From assembly GCF_001194135.2 (NCBI RefSeq), contig NC_068982.1, positions 109,806,851-109,870,850 on the forward strand: a DNA stretch of 64,000 nucleotides, given 5' to 3'. A program made the translations under genes and the position numbers. The notes beneath the pieces are model-generated. The model had not been told where the DNA came from. It worked only from the letters and a program-made list of their open reading frames with translations, and did no database searches. The DNA is from Octopus bimaculoides (lineage: Eukaryota). Shown one piece after another: positions 26,584-37,734 of the stretch (the stretch's first letter is position 1; the number at the start of each line of letters is the position of its first letter).

Positions 26584-27149
26584 CAAGCGAGTGGGGGAGA
26601 GGGAAAGGGAGAGCAATGTTTCATATTTAACGTATATACACCGTCGAAAGAATAATGCCCGGCTTTTGTGTGTGTGCGTGTATGTTAATGGCGAGATGCA
26701 AATCTTCCCAGTACTAACCCCCGTGAATGTATTCTCACTAATAACATGTCTTGATGAAATCTCTTCCCTGCGGTACATAGAAAACTTAATAATTCATTCG
26801 CTGATATTACGGAAATCCGGCGGACTGGATAAAAAGACGGTCTACTTAATTGACTTAATCTACTTCAAACCCTTAGGGTACCTGAGCGGTCTTTCATATA
26901 TACTAAAACATTTTGTTGGTAAAATGAACCAAATAAAAGCTTCTAAACTTGAATAGGGTAGCACCACTAATGAACAAATGGTAACTAATTCTGCAAATAC
27001 AGACAAAAGATAGAATTGTCAAAACACTTTCTATCTATATAAAAAACGAATGGCACATGAAAACTCCATTTCCCTCTCTTTATCGGCCTGGTGCTAACAT
27101 CTTTAACTAAAATTTAAAGCTAAATTTGAACTTGGATGCAAATACTATG

Positions 27150-27720
27150 AAAGAACAATCAAGAATTGTTTGTATGTGAACGACCACAAGTTACACAATA
27201 CAATTAGAAACAACTAGAAATACTGCTTTAGATACGGTTTTATTTGAAAAATTGATAGGAGATTGGATTTAGAAAAATGCTTCAAGAGAATCTTGAAGAG
27301 AGGAAAATTAATTAAGATCACTAATATCATATTGGATAAAGAATCAGAGATAAGATAATTAGTCCGAACACGGGCTTACAAATAAGTAGAAATCAATGAA
27401 CTAGACAGTGTACAGTACACACAAACGAAAGAAAACTTTAGGAAGGAATTAGATAGATAATTAAAACAGAGTTAAATAAATAAATAAAGCAATAAGTAAT
27501 GAAGACTTCGATACTTCAGCTGTTCAAGTAATAAAACGGTATCATCTTGTAATATTCTCAACTGGACGCTAAATAAACAAGAAAATTAGACAGAACGACA
27601 ATAATAATAATGCTTGCATTTAGAAAACAGAATCTAACATGGGTTATATTTACTATGAATGTAGTGTTGTAAGGCATTTATGAAACTATCAAACTATTTT
27701 GCAATATCTACTGTAGCACT
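27150..27720 (+). mobile_element. R4/Dong-type LINE RT fragment, highly degenerate (copy A)
   Basis: FRKMLQENL / RGKLIKITNIILDKESEI...ELDSVQYTQTKE. Nucleotide homology to the minus-strand copy at 42080-42800. Confidence 0.6.
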
Positions 27721-27794
27721 AAAAATATCTAATAAATATCAATGAAAAACCTAATAAAAATAATTTTAACACATGATCAATAACCTTTTTTGTG

Positions 27795-28805
27795 TCTTTA
27801 AGAAGCTAGGCAGGACTGGACAGCCTAGACCAGTGTGTGCGGATTTTCTCGAAAAATATTAAAATGGAGTTTGGACATTCAAAGTGTGCTACGGTGGTTT
27901 TGAAACGAGGAAATCTTGCCAGGACAGAAGGCATATGGATGCCAAGTGGTGAGATGATGAGGGGAGTTGAACCTAAATCCAGTTATGAATACCTGGGAAT
28001 ACTTGCGGCAGATGGAATTAAACACACCGATATAGAAGAAAAGACAAAGAAAGAGTAACTGAGGCGAGTGAGAAAGATATTTGCTTCAAAGCTGAATGCC
28101 AGAAACACAATTTCGGAAATAAACTCGCGCGCAGTCGCAGTAGTTCGGTATGGCGCTGGAATCCTGAAGTAGACAGAGGAAGAGCTAAAGGAGATGGATA
28201 GGAAGACAAGAAAGCTCCTAACGATGCATGGAGCCCACCATCCACGTACAGACACTGATCGCCTATACATGAAGGGAGTAAATGAAAAAAGGAGGCTGAT
28301 AAGTGTGGAAGACTGTACGTATCGAACTCGAGAGCTTAATGAGATACCTATCCCGAAGCAATAAAGTGCTTTGCGACAGTTAGAAATGAGGGAATATTGA
28401 AAGCAGAGAAGAAAGGGAAAACACAGGAAGAAATACAAAAAGGACATGAAGAAGCACTACGCAATCAATTCCATGTAGCCACAACAGAAATTAATGAGAA
28501 ACAGGTGGGATTGGCTGATGAAAAGAACACTAAAAGAAAAGAGATCGATAGCACTATTCTGGCAGTGCAAGACCAAACTTTGGCCACAAACTGGAGGGTC
28601 AACATTAGGAAAGAGCAAGTGTCTCCGCTGTGCCGCATCTGCAATAGAGTGGATGAAACCATTGCCCATATCACAAATGAATGCCCTAGACTTTCCCAAA
28701 GCCACTATAAGTTGTGGCGACACGACCAGGTAGCGAAAGTGCTACATTGGAAACTTTAAAAAGTGGGGGCTAGAGAGCGGCAAGACGTGGTATGAGCACA
28801 ATCGC
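27795..28805 (+). mobile_element. R4/Dong-type LINE fragment, RT C-terminus to CCHC (copy B)
   Basis: IKMEFGHSKC, YEYLGI, SKLNARNTISEINSRAV, HPRTDTDRLY, CRICNRVDETIAHITNEC, WRHDQVAKVLHW. Confidence 0.9.
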
Positions 28806-30479
28806 AGAGATAGCTTATCTCCATTACTATTGTATTTGCCATGACTCCATTCACTTTGGTACTACGAAAAGTTCAAATTGCTTACGATTTGAGAAAGGGA
28901 AATGGTCAAATAAATCATCTCTTTTTCATGGATGATATAAAGGTTAATGCAAAAAAAGAGATAACAGCTTGAAAGTCTTGTACATACTATCCGCATTTTC
29001 TCAAATGACGTAGGTATGAAATTTGGAATGGAAAAGTGCGTTATATTGAAAATGAAACGAGGAAGATTTGAAAGAAGCCAAGGAATTGAAATGCCAAATG
29101 AGCAAACAATGAGAGCAGTTGAGAAAGGACGGTGGTGTAAGTACTTGGGATTACTGGAAGCAGACTAGATAAAAAATGAAGAAATGAAATAAGTTTCCAG
29201 TTGGGAGTATGCAAGGAGAGTTAGAAAATTATTGCAGTCAAGACTGAATTCCAAAAGTCTTATTGAAGCAATAAATTCAAGAGCAGTACCTTTAATCATA
29301 TATGGAGTTGGAATTATAGAGTGGATCAGAAACGAAATAAAGAAACTTGATAGAAAACTAGGATGTTGTTGACGACGTATGGAGTCCGCCATCCGAAAGC
29401 TGATATTAACCGGATGTATTTGAGGAGAGACCAGGGTGGAAGAGGCTTAAAAGCAGTAGAAGAATGTGTACAGATGGAACGAAAATGTCTAATAGAGTGT
29501 TTACAGAGCAGCGCAGAAAAACCACTTGAGACAGTTAATAAAGAACAAGTGATGAAGCTCGTAATAGAAGAAAAGGACAAGAATGAAATACAAAGAGAGC
29601 ACATCAGACAGATTGAAGAGAAACCTCTGCGTGGCCAATTTTAGAAAGCCACTGAAGACGTATGCGGAACAAAATGCTGGGCTTGGTTAAAAAAGGGGAA
29701 ATTTTAAAAAATGAAACAGAGAACCTAATTGTAGCAACCGAAAATCAAACGATGAAAACAAACAACTTGAGAAAAAATATATATGGAGAGAATGTGTCAG
29801 AAAAATGTAGAGCCTGCGGAACTTGAAACTAGACTGTGGCACATATCGTGGAAGAATGTCCCAAATAGGCACAGGAAGAATGTAAGAAATGGAGGTACCA
29901 CCAGGTTGTAAAAGTTATACACTGGAAACTGTACCAGATATGGGGATTTGCAGCTGGAAACACATGGTGCAATCATCGAGTCGAAAGAGTCCTGGAGTCG
30001 AAGAAATGTAAGGTTTTGTGGGACTTTCCTATTCAAACGGACAAGAAATGGGAAAATAATAGACCAGGCATAACGATTATAGATAAGGAAAAGCGAAGTT
30101 GCTCACTTATCGATCCATCCTGCCCGTTTGATTTCAGGATCGTAAAGAAAGAGAAAGAAAAACAACAACAAAAAAAATACAATCTCTCAAAATTTGAAAT
30201 AGGAAGAATTTGGAGCATGCGAAAAGAAATGTCGTGTCTATAACTGGTGCGTTGGGAACAGTAAGCAAAGATATAGACAAATGCCTGAAGGAGACTGAAA
30301 TAGAGTACCCGGTAGAGCTCCTGCAGGAAGTTTGTCTCTTAGGGACAGCAAAGAATTATCAGGAGGGTTCTAAGCACTTGAAAGCCTACTGAAAGATTGT
30401 GGATACCTAAGGTTACAGGCAGTAACCCGCTATCCACCTAATTCCTACCAGGAATAAGACCGAACCTGAGCCAAACCAA

Positions 30480-30531
<52 letters not shown>
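28806..30531 (+). mobile_element. R4/Dong-type LINE, 5'-truncated, RT domain 4 to 3' end with (TAA)n tail (copy C)
   Basis: DSLSPLL, HLFFMDDIK, GGRGLK, RLE region LWDFPIQTD...NRPGITIIDK...LID.SCPFD, GALG, then a 3' UTR and about 17 AAT units at 30480-30531. Confidence 0.92.
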
Positions 30532-30532
<1 letters not shown>

Positions 30533-31004
30533 GGAGTGAAGAACCACATAAAAACTGCAATAAATCCGATAATAACAAAACCAAAATTACTAGTAGTAAT
30601 AAGAAAGAAATTGATGTAAGTATATGATTCTTATTTTATGACTTACAAGTTATTATGACACACTAAATATGTTTAAATAAGGACCCACATTCGCGTCGGC
30701 GAAAAATAAGAGCCATGATGACGAAAAAAACAAAACAAACTCGTGGAAACATAACAGAACTAAATGGTCCATGTAAATCTGATACCTATTTTACAAATTG
30801 CAAGTGATTATCAGATAGAAACCATTTTTTAATTACAGATCCCACACGGGGATATGAGAAGCAAAAGAGCTTTTGAGACGAAAACAATAAAAAGAACCGA
30901 GACAAAACAAAGCAAATGTGAAAATATAACGCATGAAACGAACAAGGTAATGCAGCAAATCACAATTACACACAGAGATAAAAAAAAAAAGAAGTTAAAT
31001 TTAA

Positions 31005-31170
31005 TATGGTCAGAAATACTAAGCCTCAAGGGAAATATTCGATAAAAAGCTCGGAACTGAGAAAACTGATGAGGAGGATACAGGAGGCGGTCGAAAAAGC
31101 CAGCTTCTATATATGGCTGAAGCGGGAAGACCAAATATGGCTTGAAAGTCATAACATGCCTAGGTGAGAC
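31005..31170 (+). mobile_element. 3' coding end of a HERO-like RLE element
   Basis: LRKLMRRIQEAVEKASFYIWLKREDQIW resembles the HERO C-terminal EAAEKASxWxWLKR motif. Confidence 0.55.
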
Positions 31171-31212
31171 AGGCTGACACTGAAGTGGCTTCGCGCCCTC
31201 CATTGTCAGTTA

Positions 31213-31332
31213 AAGTTTAGACAGTGTCATGTGACAACTTTCTGGGGCTACTTGCTGGAGCCTAGCAGCGGGAAGTTTAGACAGTGTCACGTGACAACTT
31301 GCTGGGGCAGCCTGCTGGAGCTTAGCAGCAGG
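31213..31332 (+). repeat. Two-unit 60-bp tandem repeat, each unit carrying a TGTCAYGTGACA palindrome
   Basis: Units start at 31213 and 31273 with aagtttagacag and differ at only a few positions. Confidence 0.95.
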
Positions 31333-31340
31333 TATAAAAA
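31285..31340 (+). promoter_or_regulatory. Putative pol II promoter: E-box palindrome plus TATAAAAA
   Basis: TGTCACGTGACA at 31285-31296 and TATAAAAA at 31333-31340. The downstream sequence is lost in the gap. Confidence 0.35.
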
Positions 31341-31834
31341 GGAGAATTTNNNNNNNNNNNNNNNNNNNNNNNNNNNNNNNNNNNNNNNNNNNNNNNNNNN
31401 NNNNNNNNNNNNNNNNNNNNNNNNNNNNNNNNNNNNNNNNNNNNNNNNNNNNNNNNNNNNNNNNNNNNNNNNNNNNNNNNNNNNNNNNNNNNNNNNNNNN
31501 NNNNNNNNNNNNNNNNNNNNNNNNNNNNNNNNNNNNNNNNNNNNNNNNNNNNNNNNNNNNNNNNNNNNNNNNNNNNNNNNNNNNNNNNNNNNNNNNNNNN
31601 NNNNNNNNNNNNNNNNNNNNNNNNNNNNNNNNNNNNNNNNNNNNNNNNNNNNNNNNNNNNNNNNNNNNNNNNNNNNNNNNNNNNNNNNNNNNNNNNNNNN
31701 NNNNNNNNNNNNNNNNNNNNNNNNNNNNNNNNNNNNNNNNNNAAATAAGTACCAGTTGAATACTGGAACAATATAATCGAATGACCACTCACCCAAAAAT
31801 GTCAGGCCTTTTGCCAATAATAGAATTGATTCAT

Positions 31835-32000
31835 GTTGTTATTGTTGTCGTTGCTGCTACTCTTGTTGTTGTTGTTACTGCTGCTATTATTAGTAGAAGA
31901 CGAAAGAGGAGAGGGAGCAGAGGGAGGAGGAGGAGAAGGAAGAAGAAGAGGAGGAGGAGGAGGAGAAGAAGAAGAAGAAGAAGAAGAAGAAGAAGAAACT
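31835..32000 (+). repeat. Compound trinucleotide microsatellite (GTT/CTG/GGA/GAA)
   Basis: Directly visible. Confidence 0.9.
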
Positions 32001-32313
32001 ACTGTGAGTGGGCAGTCTCCCAAAGACCTAAAATAGAAATATGATATAAATATATGACTTCAGTTTCGTCTGGATGAGGAAACATACAACAGCGCCATCC
32101 TTAGCTACCATGAGACCTACAAGTTTTCTAGACACATATAATTCTAATAACATACACATAATTCGCCAAGTGTTATATTGATAATCATGAAAACACAATA
32201 TATTTTTCTTCACGAAATATACTCAGCCATTATGTGCAAATGTTCGTACGATACTGTTTGTGTACACAAAATAAATATACATATAATAAATATCATATAA
32301 TTTATACAATATA

Positions 32314-32365
<52 letters not shown>

Positions 32366-32369
32366 TATA

Positions 32370-33559
32370 CAAGAGTTGGACAAAATAATGGAAACACCTA
32401 GCATCATAGCATCATAATAATCTATAAAACCGTCAGAAGCTTTTTTTATTTTTTTGTTTTTTGATTTATCATTAGTGTTACTTAATATGTTTCGCTAAAA
32501 TCGCTGTTTCTTTGCAGATATCATGAGAAAAAGGTAATTAAAATTCATTAAAATGACAGATCTATTAGACTTTCAAAGAGGTCAAATTGTTGGTGTTCAT
32601 ATGGCAGGTGCTTGCATAACGAAAACAGCCGAAATGTTTGGTGTCTCGAAATTAATGACAGTCTTTGAGAAAGAGGGAAAAACCTCCTCGTCGAAACAAA
32701 ACTCTGAAGAAAAAAAAGGCTTTCAGATACTGCAGAGCTTAATGACCACCTCGAGAACGCAGTTTCCACAAAAACTGTTCGCCGGGAGCTGCACAAAGCC
32801 GGATTTCACGGGAGGGCTGCAATCAGAAAACCACTACTTTCAAAAACAAACGTTGCAAAGCATGTAGAGTGGAGTAAAAACTTACAGAATTGGTCCCTAG
32901 AGCAGTGGAAGAATGTTATTTTCTCGGACGAGTCATCCTTTACCTTATTTCCGACCACCGGCCGAGTTTACTTGTGGAGACAGCCAAAAGAAGCATTTGA
33001 CCCAGACTGCATTCTTCCAGCTGTTAAACATGGAGGAGAATCTGTGATGATCTGGAGGTCTATATCATGGAAATCCGCCGGCCCAATGGTTTCCCTTCAT
33101 AGAAGAATTAATAGTGAAGACTATTTAAGCATTTTATCTTATCAAATTCATCTTATGGTTGCGGAACTGTTTCCAAAGGGAAATGCTATTTTTCAGGATG
33201 ATAATGCACCAATTCACACAGCTAAAGATGTTACTGAATGGCACAAGGAACATTCTAGTGAAGTTGAACATCTTATCTGGCCACCACAGTCCCCAGATCT
33301 CAATGTTGTTGAACATTTATGGTGCATTTAAAAAAAAAACAAGTTAGGAGTCGATATCCTCCACCACTATCACTACAAGAACTGGAGACTGTTTCAGCTG
33401 AAGAATGGAGAAAAATTCCTTTGGAAACAATTCAAACTTTATACGAGTTCATACCTCGTAGAATTCAAGCTGTAATTACTGCTAAAGGCGGTCCTACCCC
33501 ATATTAAAATAAATTTGTTTGAAATTTTAAAGTGTTTCCATTATTTTGTCCAATCCCTG
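32370..33559 (+). mobile_element. Full-length (1190 bp) Tc1-type DNA transposon with DD36E spacing; disrupted transposase
   Basis: 28-bp TIRs at 32370-32397 and 33532-33559 (25/28 identical) with TA on both sides. HTH MTDLLDFQRGQIVG, IFSDES, and FQDDNAPIH...WPPQSPDLNVVE with 36 residues between D and E. Confidence 0.95.
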
Positions 33560-33628
33560 TATATATATNNNNNNNNNNNNNNNNNNNNNNNNNNNNNNNN
33601 NNNNNNNNNNNNNNNNNNNNNNNNNNNN

Positions 33629-33700
<72 letters not shown>

Positions 33701-34002
33701 ACAGAGAGAGAGACAGACAGAGAGGGGAGGTTATGAGAGGTAATGGTGTCAATAAGATCCAAAGGTGTCAGGTAATGCTGAGTAAGTGCTATGGATAGAC
33801 CATAGTTAAGCTCCAGGTTCGGTGATTATGCGAATAAGAAGTACAACGTAGGTCAAATGTATATATGTGTATATGTACATATGTGTATATATACATATGT
33901 GTATATGTACATATGTGTATATGTACATATGTGTATATATAAAAAAATTATATATGTGTATATATACGCATGTGTATATATAAAAAAATTTCAGAATGTG
34001 AT

Positions 34003-34297
34003 AAAAAAAACCAAGGCTGTGAATATTTTAGAACATTTATAAATAGGTCTTACAGCTGTTTCCAGAATATTTATTATATCCCTTCATCGGAGACGGTGTG
34101 AGAAAATGGTTAAGCAATAGTTAATTTAGATAAGATAGGAAATAGAGAATGAAGTGGAGGAATGAAAATAGATGTGAGATATGCAGGGATATTGCATTTG
34201 TAGATCCATTATGAAGGGATATAATAAATATCATGGAAACAGCTGTAAGACATTCTATTTATAAATGTTCTAAAATCTTTACAGCCTTGTTTTTTTT
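34003..34297. repeat. Long inverted repeat (~85-bp arms, ~120-bp spacer); probable Penelope-like pseudo-LTR remnants
   Basis: 34003-34087 is the reverse complement of 34211-34297 with few mismatches. Both arms carry the hammerhead-like segment. Confidence 0.85.
34047..34094 (-). ncRNA. Minimal type I hammerhead-ribozyme-like motif (Penelope-type) with a CCGAUGA core
   Basis: Minus strand GTCT-CCGATGA-AGGGATAT-AATAA-ATATTCTG-GAAA-C-AGCT-G-TA-AGAC gives stem I GTCT/AGAC, a stem II hairpin, a palindromic stem III and a GUA cleavage triplet. Confidence 0.6.
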
Positions 34298-34416
34298 NNN
34301 NNNNNNNNNNNNNNNNNNNNNNNNNNNNNNNNNNNNNNNNNNNNNNNNNNNNNNNNNNNNNNNNNNNNNNNNNNNNNNNNNNNNNNNNNNNNNNNNNNNN
34401 NNNNNNNNNNNNNNNN

Positions 34417-34472
<56 letters not shown>

Positions 34473-35523
34473 ACATAAACAAACAAACATACAAACACAC
34501 ACACACACACACACACACGAATATAATTAACGCACATATGTGCACTTATGAATGGCTAATATTAACAGAAAACCTTATGGAACTTGGCACTTTGCCACAC
34601 ATAATTGCTTTGATTCTCTTGGATTACAAACTCAAATATTTTTCCATTGTATATTATGCTGTATTTACAGTAGGTAGCAAAGTTAGAAATAGAAATTTAC
34701 ATATTTTGCAAAAGTAAGCCTAGCTTCATGCGTATTTTCCCATCTAGTTATTTTTGCTATGTCAAATATTATTTGCTGCTCTTTATTTATTTGCACATGA
34801 ATGGCGAATAACAAATAGGCATTTAAATATTTACTATGTGAAGCAGGGTTTAGCCTATAACAATATTTCAGGCGTGTTGTAGTGTATCTACATTAGGTCA
34901 ACATGATCCATATGACTGTTGCTATACCATCTTGTAAACCTTTTAACAGAATTTAGATAATCGACATATTTTAGCATTTTAGCCTTCATATATAAAACTA
35001 GGCGTGGTAAACTCAAGATTTCAGTCGTGAAAATTATTGTTATAATGTCAAGCATAGAAGTGTTGAAGAACAAAATAGTGATATACTTGGAGTGGTTCCA
35101 ACATTTTCATATTTCTAATGGATATTACTTTGAGCCTCAAGACGGAAACTTATATAAAAAGTGCATCTATATTTTGACCTGCAAAAGCGGAGCATTATAA
35201 TAACACAATGAACTGAGTGTTGTGTAAACATAATACATTTGTTGTTTTACTTGCCTGTTTAACTCCTCGCCAGGCCTGACGGGGCAGACCTTTGATCAAA
35301 GGCAATCTAGAGTTGACAACCATGTATTTTTCTTTAGACATCGTACGTCTAGAACTATATTATCTAATGTGTCATTCTTTCTGCATTACAGTAGGGTACA
35401 ATATGAAATAAAAACGGCTGGTATTTCAAACACAGTTTAAGCGATAATATAGAGGCTTGCTCGATGATCTTGCTGAATATCTAGGATTTGTGACATGTTG
35501 TTGCTGTGCTGCTGCTGCTACTA

Positions 35524-35561
<38 letters not shown>

Positions 35562-35923
35562 TTTAGCCCAGACCTTTGGTATTTCGTTACATATCCATAG
35601 CGTTCCGACCTGTGTAGAATATTCTCAAGAGAGCGAGACCTGGCGTTGCAAATGAATGTCCAACTAATGAGTGTTTAAGTCAGTCTTTCATTTGACATTT
35701 TCAGTAATTATAACTAAATAATAGCTATATAAACACGTTGTTTCAGTTATTCTTATCATTCCGTGTACATGATACATGAGTTATTTTAAATTTTATGCTA
35801 TATATTTATGTTTTAACGATGTATGAAAATATCTTAAGCTAAGAGCCATGCTTGTATATCTATCTATCGATCTAGCTATCCGTCTGTCTATCTGTCAATC
35901 AATCTACCTATTTGTGCATATTC

Positions 35924-36324
35924 TTTTATTCTTTTATTTGTTTCAGATTTCGACAGCAGCCATGCTGGAACCCCGCCTTTAGTCGAAGAAATCGACCCCA
36001 GCACTTATTCTTTGTAAGCTTAGTACTTACTCTGTCGATCTCTTTTGCCGAACTGCTAAGTTACGAGGACGTAGACACACCAACGTCGGTTGTAAAGCGA
36101 TGATGGGGGGGGGGGACAAACACAGACATACACACACAAATATATACATACATATATATATATACATACGACAGGCTTCTTTTAGTTTCTGTCTACCAAA
36201 TCCATTCACAAGGCTTTAGTCAACCCGAGGCTATAGTAGAAGACACTTACCCAAGGTGTCACGCAGAAGGACTGAACCTGGAACCATGTGGTTGGGAAGC
36301 AAGCTTCTTACCACGCAGCCATGC
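35924..36324 (-). mobile_element. SINE family 2, near full length
   Basis: Same head, body and tail motifs as 20081-20394. Confidence 0.85.
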
Positions 36325-36964
36325 GTGTATATGGGTGTATGCGTGTATGTGAGGGTAGTTTAGTTTGGGGCTTTGTGTGTCTTATAACATAGACCAGGTA
36401 TACACACACGCGCACACACACACGCGCACACACACACGCACACACACACACACACATATATATGTGTGTGTGTGTGTATATGGGTTGTGTACGTGTGTGT
36501 GTGTATGTGTGTGTGTGTAACGATAAGTATAATATTTTTGCATACGCAAACGTAAAACGAGGCTAACTGTAATATTCCGTCTCAGAGAAACTTCTTTTAA
36601 GAGACTTTCTTCTTTAAAGCACAGGATAAGCTCAGAATGTTACACACATCGCTGTTTTAATCCAATGCCATTGCAAGTACGTAAATTGGTTTAATTTTAA
36701 GCCTGACCGACATTTGCACAAATCAGTTGAATATCTGAGTGCTGACTTCTATAGCGGGTGAATATGTATCTGGAGACCAAATGAGCTAGAAGCACCAGTG
36801 TCTGACGATCTTCTGATGCCATTTTGAACTTATTCTGTATTTTTAACATAATATCTTAAGTTTTACTGAAACAACATATTACAGTTAGAGCCGTTCGACA
36901 TTTGCATATACCTTATAAATTTTATACACACCGCGGCAGTCTTGATCTAATACTCCTTCAAGTG

Positions 36965-36999
<35 letters not shown>

Positions 37000-37679
37000 A
37001 TCAATTTATGCACAACACACCATTAATCAGAATTAAGGTGAATTTAGATAAAAGCCTCATCAATTAAACAGTATCGGTTGATGGAAAATACAGCGTAATG
37101 CATAAAAACTGGAGTAAAATCAGACATTATAACGCCTGACAACCTGAAGATAGGGTTTCGAGAAAAGCAACCATACATTTGCAATAATTTATGCAATGTG
37201 AAAAGCAACACTGGCCTATTCCAATAGGATACAAAGAATTGCGAATTTTCTTTATAAAAATATAAATCAGCGTATTTATAAAAATATAAATCATACCATT
37301 GTAAACTTAATACGATCGTTTCGATGTAACAATTCGGAGGATTTAGGTAGTGGTTAGAAGAAATCTAAAGAACCGAGTTTATTTTTGTATTTAATCTCGA
37401 CCTTCTACTTTCTGAATATATAAGTCGAAGTAGTTAATACTCCAGAATCTGAAAGAATAACCATGTGAATAAATATGCTTAAATGAATCCAATTCTCTTC
37501 TATAAATACGCGGCCTTGTGTCAATGTACAGAATTAATACAGGCGTTATGTTACTAATATCGGGGTTTCTTGATGAACTGGTTTTTCTCATTTCAACAGC
37601 AGTTAAATTTCACTGATGAAAACAAACACATTCACACGCATGTCCATGCACACACATCTATACACGCATATATGCATAA

Positions 37680-37734
<55 letters not shown>

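Noticed and set aside
26719-26767. Possible micro-exon EEISSRHVISENTFTG (minus strand)
   Set aside because: Too short and splice sites only moderate; cannot be distinguished from chance.
31066-31096. CTGATGAG...CGAAA as a hammerhead
   Set aside because: The intervening sequence cannot form stem II, and it lies in the HERO-like coding frame.
31213-31332. 60-bp palindrome-containing tandem repeat as a CRISPR array
   Set aside because: Only two units, no unique spacers, no cas genes, and a eukaryotic context.
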